Assembly (NCBI GenBank): GCA_045604025.1
Contig: JAZUNG010000027.1
Coordinates: 1 to 63,834, forward strand
Origin: Lachnospiraceae bacterium
GTDB lineage: Bacteria; Bacillota; Clostridia; Lachnospirales; Lachnospiraceae
Length of the DNA stretch: 63,834 nucleotides
Direction: 5' to 3'
Part shown: positions 27,775 through 39,316 of the stretch, piece by piece
Layout of the letters: each line of letters opens with the position of its first letter
Numbering within the stretch: the stretch's first letter is position 1
The notes under the pieces: generated by a model
The model's input: the letters and a program-made list of their open reading frames with translations, nothing else
Databases searched by the model: none
Told to the model about the DNA's origin: nothing
Made by a program: the position numbers and the translations under genes

Positions 27775-29260
27775 GAAATTTGAACAGATGGTCATTGACC
27801 ATATCAGGGCTTATGACATGATCAACCCCGGAGACAGGATCATTGTGGGCGTTTCCGGAGGCAGAGATTCCGTATGTCTGTTATTCCTTTTAAATAAACT
27901 GAGCAAAGAGTGGGGCTTCAGCCTGTTTGCCGTGCATGTAAATCACATGCTCAGAGGAGCTGAGTCGGAAAGAGACAAGACGTTCGTAAAAGAACTGTGC
28001 AAGTCTCTGGATGTGCCGTGTATGGCCGTAAACACCAATGTTCAGGCCATGGCTCAGGCTCAGGGCATCAGTATCGAAGAAGCCGGCAGAGCCGCCAGGT
28101 ATAAGGCATTTACCAGTGCTGCCAGAAAGCTGTCCAAACAGAGCGGCGTTCCGTACAGCAAGGTGGCTGTAGCTCACCACAGAGATGACAATGTTGAGAC
28201 CATCCTGCTCAACCTGGTGCGTGGAACCGGACTGAACGGGCTGAAGGGCATGGTGCCTGTAACGGAGCAGGGCGACCTGACTGTGATCAGACCGCTCCTG
28301 TCAGTGGGACGTGCAGACCTGGAAAAGTACGTCAGGGACAACAGGCTCACGTTTGTAAATGATTCGACCAACTTCAGCGACGACTATACCAGAAACAAGA
28401 TCCGTATGAATGTGATCCCCGAACTGCAGAAGGTCAACAGCCGCGCGGTCGAGCATATCAACGAAACAGCCGGCACACTGTCGCAGGTAAGAGAATACAT
28501 GGAGAAACAGATCTTTGACGCCATGAACAGGATAGTTGACAGGCGCGACGACTCCATGGCCATAGATATCAGACTGCTGGAAGACCAGGAGAGCGCTATC
28601 CAGACAGGCGTTGTCCACAGATGCATCGCAGAACTGTCCGGAACCATGAAGGATATCACCAGGGTAAATGTGATGGATGTCATCTCTCTGGCTGAGAAAC
28701 AGACCGGAAGGCGTATCGAGCTTCCGTACGGACTGACCGCACAGAAGAGCTATGACAATATCATTATAAGACATGCCAGCGATCTGAACTCCGGCCGCGG
28801 AAGAAAAGACTACAACGAGCAGCCCGTACATATGACCATGGGTTCGCATATCAATATTTCTCTCAAGGAGATCAAGCAGGAAGGCGGCAAAACATTCATC
28901 ATGGCCGATGGCGGCATGCTGACATTCCGCATCATTGATGTCAACGATGAAAACCGCAGTCAGCTTACTGAAAAAAACCTGTACAACAAAGTGTTCGACT
29001 GTGATACAATAAAGGGTAGCTTGATTTTAGGAAGGCCTATGCCGGATGACGAGATCAAGTTCGCAGGAGGCACCAAGTCTCTGAAGAAATATTTTACAGA
29101 CGAGAAGATACCACTGGAGATCAGAAACCAGCTTCTCGTCCTTAAAGACGTTAACAGCACATTGTGGGTCCTGGGGTATCGTATAGGGGAGCCGTACAAG
29201 GTTACGGAGCGTACTACCAGAGGGCTGGAAGTAGCTATAACCGGAGGAAATGATGAGTAG
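27767..29260 (+). CDS. tilS: tRNA(Ile)-lysidine synthase
   Basis: PP-loop VGVSGGRDSVCLL. The start MTKKFEQMV overlaps the divIC stop. It lies in the conserved tilS-hpt-ftsH order. Confidence 0.9.
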   Translation: MTKKFEQMVIDHIRAYDMINPGDRIIVGVSGGRDSVCLLFLLNKLSKEWGFSLFAVHVNHMLRGAESERDKTFVKELCKSLDVPCMAVNTNVQAMAQAQGISIEEAGRAARYKAFTSAARKLSKQSGVPYSKVAVAHHRDDNVETILLNLVRGTGLNGLKGMVPVTEQGDLTVIRPLLSVGRADLEKYVRDNRLTFVNDSTNFSDDYTRNKIRMNVIPELQKVNSRAVEHINETAGTLSQVREYMEKQIFDAMNRIVDRRDDSMAIDIRLLEDQESAIQTGVVHRCIAELSGTMKDITRVNVMDVISLAEKQTGRRIELPYGLTAQKSYDNIIIRHASDLNSGRGRKDYNEQPVHMTMGSHINISLKEIKQEGGKTFIMADGGMLTFRIIDVNDENRSQLTEKNLYNKVFDCDTIKGSLILGRPMPDDEIKFAGGTKSLKKYFTDEKIPLEIRNQLLVLKDVNSTLWVLGYRIGEPYKVTERTTRGLEVAITGGNDE

Positions 29261-29771
29261 TATCGATGTTCTTATAGAAGAAAAGGACGTTAGATTGAGA
29301 ATAAAGGAGCTTGCAGCAGCTCTGAGCGAGAAATACAGGGACGGTGACGTTCTGCTGGTAGGTATCCTGAACGGTTCGGTATTCTTCATGACCGCGCTGG
29401 CACAGGAGATGACCGTGCCCATCGAGATAGATTTCATATCTGCATCCAGCTATGGATCGGGAACAGAGTCATCGGGCAATGTACAGATAGTCAAGGATCT
29501 GGACAGACCGCTGACAGGCAAAAATGTCATCATTGTCGAGGACATCATAGATACCGGACGTACTCTCAAGGTCATCAAGGAGATGATACTGTCACAGGAG
29601 CCGGCAAGCTTCGACATAGTCACTCTGTTGGACAAGCCTGACAGGAGAGTGGTAGATCTGGAGGCGGATTATGTGGGATTCAGGATCCCGGACGCCTTCG
29701 TGGTCGGATGGGGACTTGACTTTGACCAGAAATACAGAGACCTGACATTTGTCGGTGTTTTAAATGAGTAA
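29250..29771 (+). CDS. hpt: hypoxanthine phosphoribosyltransferase
   Basis: PRPP loop VIIVEDIIDTGRTL; 173 aa. Confidence 0.92.
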   Translation: MMSSIDVLIEEKDVRLRIKELAAALSEKYRDGDVLLVGILNGSVFFMTALAQEMTVPIEIDFISASSYGSGTESSGNVQIVKDLDRPLTGKNVIIVEDIIDTGRTLKVIKEMILSQEPASFDIVTLLDKPDRRVVDLEADYVGFRIPDAFVVGWGLDFDQKYRDLTFVGVLNE

Positions 29772-29795
29772 ATACAGAGTTTTGAAAGGTACAGC

Positions 29796-31655
29796 ATGAA
29801 CAATAACAGCAGAGGAAGCGGCTTCAGAGGGCTGATCATATATGCCATCATCATACTCGTCGTTTTCGGAGCGGTCTATCTGATGACCAGCTCTTCGAGA
29901 GTTGACGATGGATATACATACAGCGAGTTCGAAAAGGATCTGAATGCCAAATCCATCACAGAGATAGTGATCAATCAGAACAACGAAGTTCCAACAGGTG
30001 TCCTGACTATCACATTCAAGGATTCTTCCAAGAAGGTCCTGTATGTTGAGGATGTGTCCAAGATTGCTGACGAACTGAAGGAAAAGGATATGGACTATAT
30101 CCTGAAGGACGTTACCAGAGAGAGTTTCTTTATGGGAACTATCCTGCCAATGCTCCTGATGGTAGCACTCATGTTCGTCTTCTTTATCATTATCGCTAAC
30201 AGGCAGGGCGGAGCAGGCGGAAACGTCATGAGCTTCGGAAAGAGCCGTGCCAAGGCTACAGACAGCAAGGACAACAAGACCACATTCCAGGATGTTGCGG
30301 GACTTCATGAGGAACGCGCGGAACTGGAAGAGGTCGTATCGTTCCTCAAGAATCCGCAGATGTATACCAGGGTCGGCGCACGTATCCCCAAGGGCATACT
30401 GCTGGTAGGCCCTCCCGGAACAGGTAAGACACTGCTGGCCAGAGCAGTATCAGGTGAGGCGGGCGTACCGTTCTTCCATATCTCAGGTTCAGACTTCGTA
30501 GAGATGTTCGTCGGTGTAGGTGCATCACGTGTTAGAGATCTCTTCGGAGAGGCTAAGAAGAATTCACCATGTATCATCTTCATCGATGAGATCGATGCAG
30601 TTGCAAGACGCAGAGGCACCGGTCTGGGCGGCGGACACGACGAGAGAGAGCAGACCCTGAACCAGATTCTGGTTGAGATGGATGGTTTCGGTGTAAACGA
30701 AGGCATCATCGTCATGGCGGCTACCAACAGAGTGGATATCCTGGATCCTGCTATCCTGAGACCCGGACGTTTCGACAGAAAGGTATTCGTCGGCAAGCCC
30801 GACGTCAGAGGAAGAGAAGAGATCCTCAAGGTACATGCGCGCAACAAGCCGCTGGCAGAGGATGTCGATCTGGAAAATACAGCCCGTACAACAGTAGGAT
30901 TTTCAGGCGCGGATCTGGAGAACCTTCTCAACGAGGCAGCCATCAATGCGGCTTCATCGGGCAGAGCATATATCAAGCAGGCCGATATCGATAAAGCTTT
31001 CATCAAGGTCGGTATAGGCGAAGAGAAGAAGAGCAAGGTCGTTTCTGAGAAGGAACGCAGGATCACTGCTTACCACGAATCCGGACATGCCATCCTCTTC
31101 CATCTGCTTCCCGAGGTCGGACCTGTACATATGGTCTCGGTCATCCCTACAGGTATGGCCGGTGGTTATACCATGCCTCTTCCTGAGAAGGATGAGATGT
31201 ACAATTCCAGAGAGAAGATGCTGGAGAATATCAAGGTATCCTTCGGTGGTCGTATCGCTGAAGAACTGATATTTGACGATATCACTACCGGCGCCAGCCA
31301 GGATATCAAGCAGGCTACTGAGATCGCCAGATCCATGGTCACCAAGTATGGTATGAGCGACAAACTCGGTCCTATCGATTATTCATCATCTGACAGTGAT
31401 GAGGTCTTCATCGGACGTGACTGGGGACAGGCAAAGCCTTATTCAGAGGCGGTTGCAGCCCAGATCGACGAAGAAGTCCGCAATATCATGGAGCGCTGCT
31501 ACAAAGAAGCCAAGGAGCTCATCCAGTCACACATGGATGTTCTCGAGGCATGTGCAGAGCGTCTGATGACCAAAGAAAAGATCATGCGCGAAGAATTCGA
31601 AGCACTGTTTGATCAGCCGGTGGCTCCTTCAGGAGAACCAATCCCTGAACTGTAA
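29796..31655 (+). CDS. ftsH: ATP-dependent zinc metalloprotease FtsH
   Basis: Walker [15 protein letters not shown] region, and HEXXH motif (YHESGHAI). Confidence 0.97.
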   Translation: MNNNSRGSGFRGLIIYAIIILVVFGAVYLMTSSSRVDDGYTYSEFEKDLNAKSITEIVINQNNEVPTGVLTITFKDSSKKVLYVEDVSKIADELKEKDMDYILKDVTRESFFMGTILPMLLMVALMFVFFIIIANRQGGAGGNVMSFGKSRAKATDSKDNKTTFQDVAGLHEERAELEEVVSFLKNPQMYTRVGARIPKGILLVGPPGTGKTLLARAVSGEAGVPFFHISGSDFVEMFVGVGASRVRDLFGEAKKNSPCIIFIDEIDAVARRRGTGLGGGHDEREQTLNQILVEMDGFGVNEGIIVMAATNRVDILDPAILRPGRFDRKVFVGKPDVRGREEILKVHARNKPLAEDVDLENTARTTVGFSGADLENLLNEAAINAASSGRAYIKQADIDKAFIKVGIGEEKKSKVVSEKERRITAYHESGHAILFHLLPEVGPVHMVSVIPTGMAGGYTMPLPEKDEMYNSREKMLENIKVSFGGRIAEELIFDDITTGASQDIKQATEIARSMVTKYGMSDKLGPIDYSSSDSDEVFIGRDWGQAKPYSEAVAAQIDEEVRNIMERCYKEAKELIQSHMDVLEACAERLMTKEKIMREEFEALFDQPVAPSGEPIPEL

Positions 31656-31674
31656 GAAAAAGAATTGAAAAGTC

Positions 31675-31716
31675 GGCGCCCTTGTGCATTTTGCATAAAG
31701 GCGCCCTTTTCTTTTT
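31675..31716 (+). terminator. ftsH intrinsic terminator
   Basis: GGCGCCCTTGTGCA-tttt-TGCATAAAGGCGCC followed by CTTTTCTTTTT. Confidence 0.8.
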
Positions 31717-31759
31717 GCCATATTTGTTAACACTGGATTGTGAAATAGTGATATATTTA

Positions 31760-31840
31760 CTACAGTGAAACTTATGTTTTACAACATCACAAAATACCTT
31801 CTCCTTTTTTGGAACCAGCGCAAGCTGGTTCTTTTGTTTT
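31760..31840 (+). ncRNA. candidate small RNA (extended -10 promoter plus its own strong terminator)
   Basis: TGaTATATT (31749-31757), then about 50 nt containing CCTTCTCCTTTTTT, then GAACCAGC-gcaa-GCTGGTTC followed by TTTTGTTTT (31812-31840). No ORF is present. Confidence 0.25.
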
Positions 31841-31865
31841 CTGAAGAACTTATCTGCGCATAAAA

Positions 31866-31879
31866 CGAACATTTGTTTG
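31866..31879 (+). promoter_or_regulatory. LexA (SOS) box overlapping the -35 of the Y-family polymerase promoter
   Basis: CGAACATTTGTTTG against the Firmicute consensus CGAAC-N4-GTTCG. It is followed by TTGCAT (31877-31882), 17-nt spacer, TGtTATCAT (-10 at 31900-31905). The ATG at 31913 lies 7 nt after the -10. Confidence 0.65.
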
Positions 31880-31912
31880 CATAGCGTATGCGTATGTGTT
31901 ATCATATAACAT

Positions 31913-33226
31913 ATGAAAGAAACCCAGCAGTATATATGCATAGACCTGAAATCATTCTATGCCTCGGTCGAGTGTGTCGAACGCGGTCTGGATCCCATGA
32001 CATGCAATCTGGTAGTAGCAGACCCGACCCGTACAGAGAAGACCATCTGCCTTGCCGCGTCACCAGCAATCAAGAAACTTGGAGTATCCAACAGATGCAG
32101 ACTCTTTCAGATCCCGAAGAATATAGATTACATCATCGCGCCTCCGCGCATGCAGTTGTATATCAATTACAGCGCGCGGATCTATGGTATATATCTGAAG
32201 TATTTCTCACCGGAAGACATCCATGTGTATTCAGTGGACGAAGCTTTTATGGATGTCACCCATTATCTGCACCTGTACGGTATGTCGGCGAAGGAACTGG
32301 CGAAGAAAATCCTGAAGGACATATTTGACTCCCTCGGTCTGTATGCCACCTGCGGGATAGGGACCAATCTGTATCTGGCGAAGATTGCCCTCGATATCAT
32401 GGCCAAGCATGCTCCGGATTTTATAGGAGAGCTGGATGAGGACAGCTACAGGAAGCAGCTGTGGGACCACAGACCGCTCACGGACTTCTGGATGGTGGGA
32501 AGAGGTACGGTCAGGAGACTGGCCGGAGTAGGCATCCATACCATGAGGGATATTGCCATGGCGGACGAGCATATGCTGTACAGACTGTTCGGGATCAACT
32601 CTGAGCTGCTCATGGACCATGCATGGGGGCTGGAACCCACGCAGATCAGCGATATCAAGAATTACCGGGCGAAATCATCGTCCATATCCAGCGGTCAGGT
32701 CCTGGCACATGATTACAACTGGAGCGACCTGAGACTGATAGTCAAGGAGATGACCGAGCTGGCGTGTCTGGACCTGGTGAAAAGACACCTGGTCACGGAC
32801 AACATCTCGCTGACCATGGGATATTCCTTCGGGATAGACAAGCGTCCGATATCCGCGTCCAGGTCCCTGTCGGTCAGGACCAGCTCCAACCGTGTACTGG
32901 TCAGGGAAATGGTTGATTTATTTGATGCAATAGTAGATAAAAAGTTATATTATAGACGGGTATACATAGGCTTTAACAATCTGGCGGACGAATCCTTCGA
33001 GCAGACAGATCTGTTCACCGATCTGAAGGAGCTGAAGAAGGATCATGCGATCCAGGAAGCTGCGCTGAAGATCCAGAGCAGATACGGCAAGAACGCATTC
33101 CTCAAGGGCATGAATCTGGAAGATGCCGGAACAACCATTGAGAGGAATGGCCAGATAGGCGGACACCGCAGTTCGGTGGAGCCCATGGAGGGCGATACGA
33201 CGCTGCAGGCAGGAAAGGACATATGA
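31913..33226 (+). CDS. Y-family (translesion) DNA polymerase, UvrX/YqjW-like
   Basis: YICIDLKSFYASVECVERGLDP...VYSVDEAFMDVT, the IMS/UmuC family motifs. Confidence 0.88.
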   Translation: MKETQQYICIDLKSFYASVECVERGLDPMTCNLVVADPTRTEKTICLAASPAIKKLGVSNRCRLFQIPKNIDYIIAPPRMQLYINYSARIYGIYLKYFSPEDIHVYSVDEAFMDVTHYLHLYGMSAKELAKKILKDIFDSLGLYATCGIGTNLYLAKIALDIMAKHAPDFIGELDEDSYRKQLWDHRPLTDFWMVGRGTVRRLAGVGIHTMRDIAMADEHMLYRLFGINSELLMDHAWGLEPTQISDIKNYRAKSSSISSGQVLAHDYNWSDLRLIVKEMTELACLDLVKRHLVTDNISLTMGYSFGIDKRPISASRSLSVRTSSNRVLVREMVDLFDAIVDKKLYYRRVYIGFNNLADESFEQTDLFTDLKELKKDHAIQEAALKIQSRYGKNAFLKGMNLEDAGTTIERNGQIGGHRSSVEPMEGDTTLQAGKDI

Positions 33227-33447
33227 TGCAGCCCAGAACCGATAGACCTCCTCATATACATCCGCCCATGGCAGTATCTGACAGGGCGAAGCAGTTTGCT
33301 CCGTTTGCGGCGCTTGGCCGTCTGGATGATACACTGAAGGCTGTTGAGGAAGGCCGGGATATCGGAGATTATATCCACGAAAGCAACCTGGAAGATTTTA
33401 ACTATATCGAATCAGAAGACAACGAGATCGAACTGACAGATATCTGA
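33223..33447 (+). CDS. YolD-like protein (accessory factor of Y-family polymerases)
   Basis: 74 aa with RAKQFAPFAAL. It overlaps the polymerase stop by 4 nt. Confidence 0.75.
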   Translation: MMQPRTDRPPHIHPPMAVSDRAKQFAPFAALGRLDDTLKAVEEGRDIGDYIHESNLEDFNYIESEDNEIELTDI

Positions 33448-33463
33448 GGAACCTGTATAGAAT

Positions 33464-35440
33464 ATGGCAGACAGATTCAAACTAGTATCAGAATACAAAC
33501 CTACCGGAGATCAGCCGCGTGCAATACGTGAGCTGGTGGATGGATTCAGGGAAGGCAATCAGTTTCAGACGCTCCTGGGAGTTACAGGCTCAGGCAAAAC
33601 ATTTACCATGGCCAATGTCATCCAGGAGCTGAACAGACCTACCCTCGTCATCGCGCATAACAAGACTCTGGCAGCACAGCTCTACAGCGAGTTCAAGGAG
33701 TTCTTCCCGGAAAATGCCGTCGAGTACTTTATTTCCTACTACGATTACTATCAGCCCGAGGCCTATGTGCCATCTACGGATACATATATAGAGAAGGACG
33801 CGTCCATCAACGATGAGATAGACAGGCTCAGGCATTCCGCGACCACCTCATTGGTAGAGAGGAAGGACGTTATCGTCATATGCTCGGTATCATGCATCTA
33901 TGGCATCGGTGACCCGGAAGAATATGAGCGCCAGTGCGTGTCGTTAAGACCGGGTATGAAGAAGGAAAGGGACGATGTGGTACGTGAGCTGATCAGTATC
34001 CAGTACGACCGTAATGACATGGATTTCCAGCGCGGCACCTTCAGAGTGCGCGGAGATACAATAGAGGTACTGCCGGCCCTGACCGCCAAGAACGCTATCC
34101 GCATAGAGTTCTTCGGAGACGAAATTGACAGGATCACGCAGATTGATGTGCTGACAGGAGAGATAAAGGCGCGTATGGAGCATGTAGCCATACTGCCTGC
34201 ATCATATTATGTAGTTCCTCCGGACAGGATGGAGAGGGCCCTTGAGGGCATAAAGAAGGAACTGGATGAGAGGGTGGAGTATTTCCGCAGCGAGGATAAG
34301 CTCCTGGAGGCGCAGCGCATCTGGGAAAGAACGAACTTCGACATGGAAATGATGCGGGAGACAGGCATCTGCTCCGGCATCGAGAATTATTCCAGACACC
34401 TGACCGGACTGGCACCCGGAGAGCCTCCGGCAACGCTCCTGGACTTCTTTAGGGGAGAGTTCCTGATCATAGTAGACGAGTCACACATGACCATCCCGCA
34501 GATTGGAGCCATGTATGCAGGTGACCGTTCGAGAAAACAGACTCTTGTGGATTTCGGATTCCGGCTGCCGTCAGCACTGGACAACAGACCGTTAAACTTC
34601 GCAGAGTTTGAGAGCAAGATAGACCAGATGATGTTCGTATCGGCAACTCCCGCGAAATACGAAACAGAGCATGAGCTGCTGAGGACAGAGCAGATCATCA
34701 GGCCGACAGGTCTGCTGGATCCGGAAGTATCGGTCAGACCCATAGAAGGACAGATAGACGATCTGATCGCTGAGATCAACAAAGAGACAGACAAGGGCTT
34801 CAAGGTCCTGGTCACTACCCTGACCAAGAAGATGGCAGAAGACCTGACCGATTATCTGAAGGAGGCCGGCATCCGGGTCAGATACCTGCACTCGGATATC
34901 GCAGCACTCGAGCGTACCGAGATCATCAGAGACATGAGGCTCGACCTCTTTGATGTGCTGGTTGGTATCAATCTGCTGCGTGAAGGTCTGGATATCCCGG
35001 AGATTTCTCTGGTAGCCATACTGGACGCGGACAAGGAAGGGTTCCTCAGGAGCGAGACCAGCCTGATCCAGACCATAGGAAGGGCAGCGAGGAATTCGGA
35101 GGGTCATGTCATCATGTATGCGGATATGATCACCGACTCCATGCGCAGGGCCATTGATGAGACCAACCGAAGGCGTTCCATCCAGGAGGCCTACAATGAA
35201 GAGCACGGTATCACTCCGACCAGTATCCATAAGGCTGTCCGCGACCTGATCAGCATCACCAAGGAGGCGACCAGGACTGCCAACAAGCTCGAAAAAGAGC
35301 CCGAGTCCATGTCACCCAAAGAACTGGAGACTCTTATCGCGAAGATCAGGCGTCAGATGGAAAGAGCAGCTGCGGACCTGGATTTCGAGACCGCTGCCCA
35401 GCTGCGTGATCAGATGCTGGAGCTGAAAAAGAAACTTTAG
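33464..35440 (+). CDS. uvrB: excinuclease ABC subunit B
   Basis: 658 aa: [12 protein letters not shown], the beta-hairpin region [10 protein letters not shown], and the C-terminal UVR domain. Confidence 0.97.
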   Translation: MADRFKLVSEYKPTGDQPRAIRELVDGFREGNQFQTLLGVTGSGKTFTMANVIQELNRPTLVIAHNKTLAAQLYSEFKEFFPENAVEYFISYYDYYQPEAYVPSTDTYIEKDASINDEIDRLRHSATTSLVERKDVIVICSVSCIYGIGDPEEYERQCVSLRPGMKKERDDVVRELISIQYDRNDMDFQRGTFRVRGDTIEVLPALTAKNAIRIEFFGDEIDRITQIDVLTGEIKARMEHVAILPASYYVVPPDRMERALEGIKKELDERVEYFRSEDKLLEAQRIWERTNFDMEMMRETGICSGIENYSRHLTGLAPGEPPATLLDFFRGEFLIIVDESHMTIPQIGAMYAGDRSRKQTLVDFGFRLPSALDNRPLNFAEFESKIDQMMFVSATPAKYETEHELLRTEQIIRPTGLLDPEVSVRPIEGQIDDLIAEINKETDKGFKVLVTTLTKKMAEDLTDYLKEAGIRVRYLHSDIAALERTEIIRDMRLDLFDVLVGINLLREGLDIPEISLVAILDADKEGFLRSETSLIQTIGRAARNSEGHVIMYADMITDSMRRAIDETNRRRSIQEAYNEEHGITPTSIHKAVRDLISITKEATRTANKLEKEPESMSPKELETLIAKIRRQMERAAADLDFETAAQLRDQMLELKKKL

Positions 35441-35575
35441 ATATTCCCGATATATGCCGCTGGGGATATCAGAGATTTCTGCGCAGGCAAAAGCATTTGA
35501 ACAAAAACCATTCTTCGTGTACAATTAATATGTTCTAAATAAGATCATGTAAATGCATGAAGGAGGGAGCTTACT

Positions 35576-35971
35576 ATGAACAAGCATGTTTTAAATAATG
35601 ATGTAGCCGAGCCTCTGGTCAGGAAGCTGGTTGCAGATACACTCTCAGGAGCTATTATCTGGGAAAGACAGGAAGTTGATAACAACGTTGAGATCCCCAA
35701 AGAGATGCAGGTTCCTCTGACAACAGCCCGCGTGGACTATCATTTCTCCGCAGAGCTGGGCAATAGCACAGTATGTCATTTCCAGCATCAGAATTCACTG
35801 TATTTCGTGTGGCTGGTCAATGACAAAGGCGGATTTGCATATTTTTCCGGCGGGCTTTATGAGATGCCCGGATTTTCCGCTGGGATCATAGATCTGGCAA
35901 ATGCCATCAGAAAGGTCACACATGATGACGATGGCATCCTGGAAGATATCAGCGCATATATCAACGGCTGA
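35576..35971 (+). CDS. hypothetical protein (131 aa) between uvrB and uvrA
   Basis: Good RBS (GAAGGAGGGAG). Own promoter: TTGAAC (35497-35502), 17-nt spacer, TACAAT (35520-35525). No motif recognised. Confidence 0.6.
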   Translation: MNKHVLNNDVAEPLVRKLVADTLSGAIIWERQEVDNNVEIPKEMQVPLTTARVDYHFSAELGNSTVCHFQHQNSLYFVWLVNDKGGFAYFSGGLYEMPGFSAGIIDLANAIRKVTHDDDGILEDISAYING

Positions 35972-36093
35972 CAGACATCTATTTGAATACGTATTACAGA
36001 GCGGCATCTGTTCATCTATAAGAGCGGATGCCGTTTGTGTCCTGTAAAGCACAGGCATGAGCCGGCCATGCGGGATGCAAGGAAAGGATATTT

Positions 36094-39003
36094 ATGGCAG
36101 CACAGGAGCAGAAATATATCAGGATAAAGGGTGCTTCTGAGAACAATCTGAAAAATATAGATCTGGATATTCCCAGAAATGAGATGGTAGTATTTACCGG
36201 TCTGTCAGGTTCCGGTAAATCCTCGCTGGCATTTGATACCATCTATGCGGAGGGACAGAGACGTTACATGGAGTCACTGTCATCATATGCCAGACAGTTC
36301 CTAGGCCAGATGGAGAAACCCAAAGTGGAGATGATCGAAGGCCTGTCGCCTGCTATCTCCATAGACCAGAAGTCTACCAACAGAAACCCCAGATCTACTG
36401 TGGGGACGGTTACTGAGATCCATGATTACCTGAGACTTCTGTATGCCAGAGCCGGCATACCACACTGTCCTGAGTGCGGCAGGGAAATCTCGCGTCAGAG
36501 TGTGGACCAGATGGTTGAGGCCGTCATGAGCCTGCCGGAAGGAACACGCCTGCAGCTGCTGGCCCCTGTAGTCAGAGGCCGCAAGGGTGAGCATGTCAAG
36601 CTCTTGGATTCTGCCCGCAGATCAGGTTATGTGCGCGTGCGTATCGACGGCAGCACATATGAACTGGACGAGGAGATCAGCCTCGAGAAGAATATCAAAC
36701 ACAGCATAGACATAGTCGTGGACCGACTGATAGTCAAAGAAGGCATAGAATCCAGAATGCCCGACTCTATCGAGACTATCCTGAACATGGCCGACGGCCT
36801 GATGACCGTGCAGATAGTCGGATGGCCTGACGGCGCGGAAAAGCCAGGTCCGGAAGAGAAGAGCCTCTACGTCGATGACAATAACGAGATCCATTTCTCC
36901 AGCAGCTTCAGCTGCCCCGACTGCGGTATCAGTATACCTGAGATCGAACCCAGGAACTTCTCGTTCAACAATCCGTTCGGAGCCTGCCCCGCGTGCGCGG
37001 GACTGGGTTACAAGATGGAGTTCGATCCTGAGCTGATCATCCCGGACAGAAGCGTCTCCATCAGTGAAGGAGCCATAGTCGTGCCCGGATGGCAGGGAGC
37101 CAAAAAGGACGGAAGCTTTGCACACAGTCTGCTGATAGCGCTGGCAGATGAGTATGGGTTCAGCCTGGATACACCATTTGAAAAATATCCAAAGAAGATC
37201 CAGAATATCCTGCTCTACGGCACGGACGGAAAGAAGGTCGAGGTCAGATACACTGGCAGATCCGGAAGCAGGGGAGTATATCCGATAGCATTTGAAGGCA
37301 TCATGAAAAATGTTGCCCAGAGATACAGAGAGTCTCCGTCGGAAATGATGAAGCAGGAATATGAAGAATTCATGCGTTTCAGTCCGTGCGAAGAATGCGG
37401 CGGTAAGCGTCTGAAGAAGGAAAGCCTTGCAGTTACCATCGGAGGAAAGAACATATTCGAGGTATCGGACATCACCATCAGCGAGAGCAGGGATTTCTTC
37501 ACGAAGCTCAAACTGAACAGGATGCAGACAGAAATTGCAGCGCCTATCCTGAAAGAGATCAATGCCAGACTGGGATTTCTCCTGGACGTGGGACTGGAGT
37601 ATCTGACACTTACGAGATATGCCGCATCCCTGTCCGGAGGAGAGGCACAGAGAATACGTCTGGCCACCCAGATAGGCTCCGGGCTGACAGGAGTGCTGTA
37701 CATACTGGATGAGCCCAGCATAGGACTTCATCAGAAGGACAATGACAAGCTTCTGGCTACGCTGAAGAAGCTCCGCGACCTGGGTAACACCCTGATTGTG
37801 GTTGAGCATGATGAAGATACCATGAGACAGGCTGACTGCGTGGTGGATATCGGTCCCGGTGCAGGTGAACATGGAGGAGAGGTGGTCGCCATAGGAACCG
37901 CCGAAGATATCATGAACTGCCCCGAGTCCATCACAGGTGATTACTTGAGCGGCAGGAAATATATTGAGATCCCGAAGGAGAGACGCCAGCCCAGAGGCTG
38001 GATAGAAGTACAGGGCGCCAGAGAGAACAATCTGAAGAATATCGATGTCAAGTTCCCTCTGGGTGTCATGACAGCCGTTACCGGTGTGTCCGGTTCAGGC
38101 AAGTCATCACTGGTAAATGAGATTCTTAGCAAATCCCTGGCCAGAACCCTCAACAGGGCTCATACAGTGCCCGGAAAACATAAGAAGATCCTGGGAGTAG
38201 AGCAGCTGGACAAGGTCATAGTCATCGACCAGAGCCCCATCGGCAGAACGCCCAGATCCAATCCTGCCACATATACCGGAGTGTTCGATCTGATCAGAGA
38301 CCTCTTCGCGCAGACGCCTGACGCGCGTGCCCGCGGTTACAGCAAGGGCAGGTTCAGCTTCAATGTAAAGGGCGGCAGATGCGAAGCATGCTCCGGTGAC
38401 GGTATCATCAAGATAGAGATGCATTTTCTTCCGGATGTGTATGTCAAATGCGATACCTGCAAGGGCAAGCGTTACAACAGAGAGACCCTGGAGGTCAAAT
38501 ACAAGGGCAAGAGCATTTACGACGTGCTCAATATGACTGTAGAGGAGGCACTGGAGTTCTTCAAAAACGTGCCGAAGATCTACAACAAGATAAAGACACT
38601 GAACGAAGTAGGACTGTCATATATCAGGCTGGGACAGTCGTCGACTACGCTCTCCGGAGGAGAGGCGCAGCGAGTCAAGCTTGCTACAGAACTGAGCCGC
38701 AAGCCTACCGGCAAGACCATGTACATACTGGATGAGCCGACTACGGGACTGCATTTTGCTGACGTTCACAAACTGGTAGATATCCTGAGGAGACTGTCGG
38801 AAGGCGGCAACTCAGTCGTAGTCATAGAGCACAATCTCGAGGTGATCAAGGTCGCAGACTATATCATCGATATGGGGCCTGACGGTGGTGACAGAGGAGG
38901 CACGGTATTCGCGAAAGGTACGCCAGAGGAGATCGCAGAGCATCCATTAAGTTATACAGGACAGTTCCTGAAGAGGTATCTGGGCAAAAACGGACGCAGA
39001 TAG
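36094..39003 (+). CDS. uvrA: excinuclease ABC subunit A
   Basis: 969 aa with two ABC modules ([12 protein letters not shown]; [11 protein letters not shown]), zinc fingers and LSGGEAQR signatures. Confidence 0.97.
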   Translation: MAAQEQKYIRIKGASENNLKNIDLDIPRNEMVVFTGLSGSGKSSLAFDTIYAEGQRRYMESLSSYARQFLGQMEKPKVEMIEGLSPAISIDQKSTNRNPRSTVGTVTEIHDYLRLLYARAGIPHCPECGREISRQSVDQMVEAVMSLPEGTRLQLLAPVVRGRKGEHVKLLDSARRSGYVRVRIDGSTYELDEEISLEKNIKHSIDIVVDRLIVKEGIESRMPDSIETILNMADGLMTVQIVGWPDGAEKPGPEEKSLYVDDNNEIHFSSSFSCPDCGISIPEIEPRNFSFNNPFGACPACAGLGYKMEFDPELIIPDRSVSISEGAIVVPGWQGAKKDGSFAHSLLIALADEYGFSLDTPFEKYPKKIQNILLYGTDGKKVEVRYTGRSGSRGVYPIAFEGIMKNVAQRYRESPSEMMKQEYEEFMRFSPCEECGGKRLKKESLAVTIGGKNIFEVSDITISESRDFFTKLKLNRMQTEIAAPILKEINARLGFLLDVGLEYLTLTRYAASLSGGEAQRIRLATQIGSGLTGVLYILDEPSIGLHQKDNDKLLATLKKLRDLGNTLIVVEHDEDTMRQADCVVDIGPGAGEHGGEVVAIGTAEDIMNCPESITGDYLSGRKYIEIPKERRQPRGWIEVQGARENNLKNIDVKFPLGVMTAVTGVSGSGKSSLVNEILSKSLARTLNRAHTVPGKHKKILGVEQLDKVIVIDQSPIGRTPRSNPATYTGVFDLIRDLFAQTPDARARGYSKGRFSFNVKGGRCEACSGDGIIKIEMHFLPDVYVKCDTCKGKRYNRETLEVKYKGKSIYDVLNMTVEEALEFFKNVPKIYNKIKTLNEVGLSYIRLGQSSTTLSGGEAQRVKLATELSRKPTGKTMYILDEPTTGLHFADVHKLVDILRRLSEGGNSVVVIEHNLEVIKVADYIIDMGPDGGDRGGTVFAKGTPEEIAEHPLSYTGQFLKRYLGKNGRR

Positions 39004-39083
39004 TTCGGATCAAATAGTATAAAACCTCCCGGCGGGATAACCCGTGGGAGGTTTTCTTATATCGGCCATTCGTAAAATACCAT

Positions 39084-39113
39084 TAGACAAAAACATTTCC
39101 GGTATAGTATAAT
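39084..39113 (+). promoter_or_regulatory. promoter of the GltD-like/hydrogenase operon
   Basis: TAGACA (39084-39089), 18-nt spacer, TATAAT (39108-39113). This leaves a 5' leader of about 200 nt. Confidence 0.5.
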
Positions 39114-39316
39114 TTCTTTACTTAAAGGTCTGCCAAATTCTTAATTTAACCTGTCCGGCACTATTTTGACAAGGGAACATATGTACCGTGGGAACCAGAG
39201 GTTGTCACGGGCGGTTTCGCATTTGTCGGGTGATATGGATCATCACTGAAGTATCTGTATTCGGACAGGATCAATAACACGTTAAAACTGAACACTTACA
39301 GCGAGGGGGATTGTTA

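Noticed and set aside
31582-31941. A minus-strand 119-aa ORF, and a strong minus-strand RBS followed by a three-codon mini-ORF (AAGGAGAAGG...GTGATGTTGTAA) in the ftsH-polymerase spacer.
   Set aside because: The long ORF spans two terminators and the SOS promoter and has no RBS. The mini-ORF has no downstream gene on that strand to regulate. The AAGGAGAAGG is simply the complement of the CU-rich tract noted for the candidate plus-strand sRNA.
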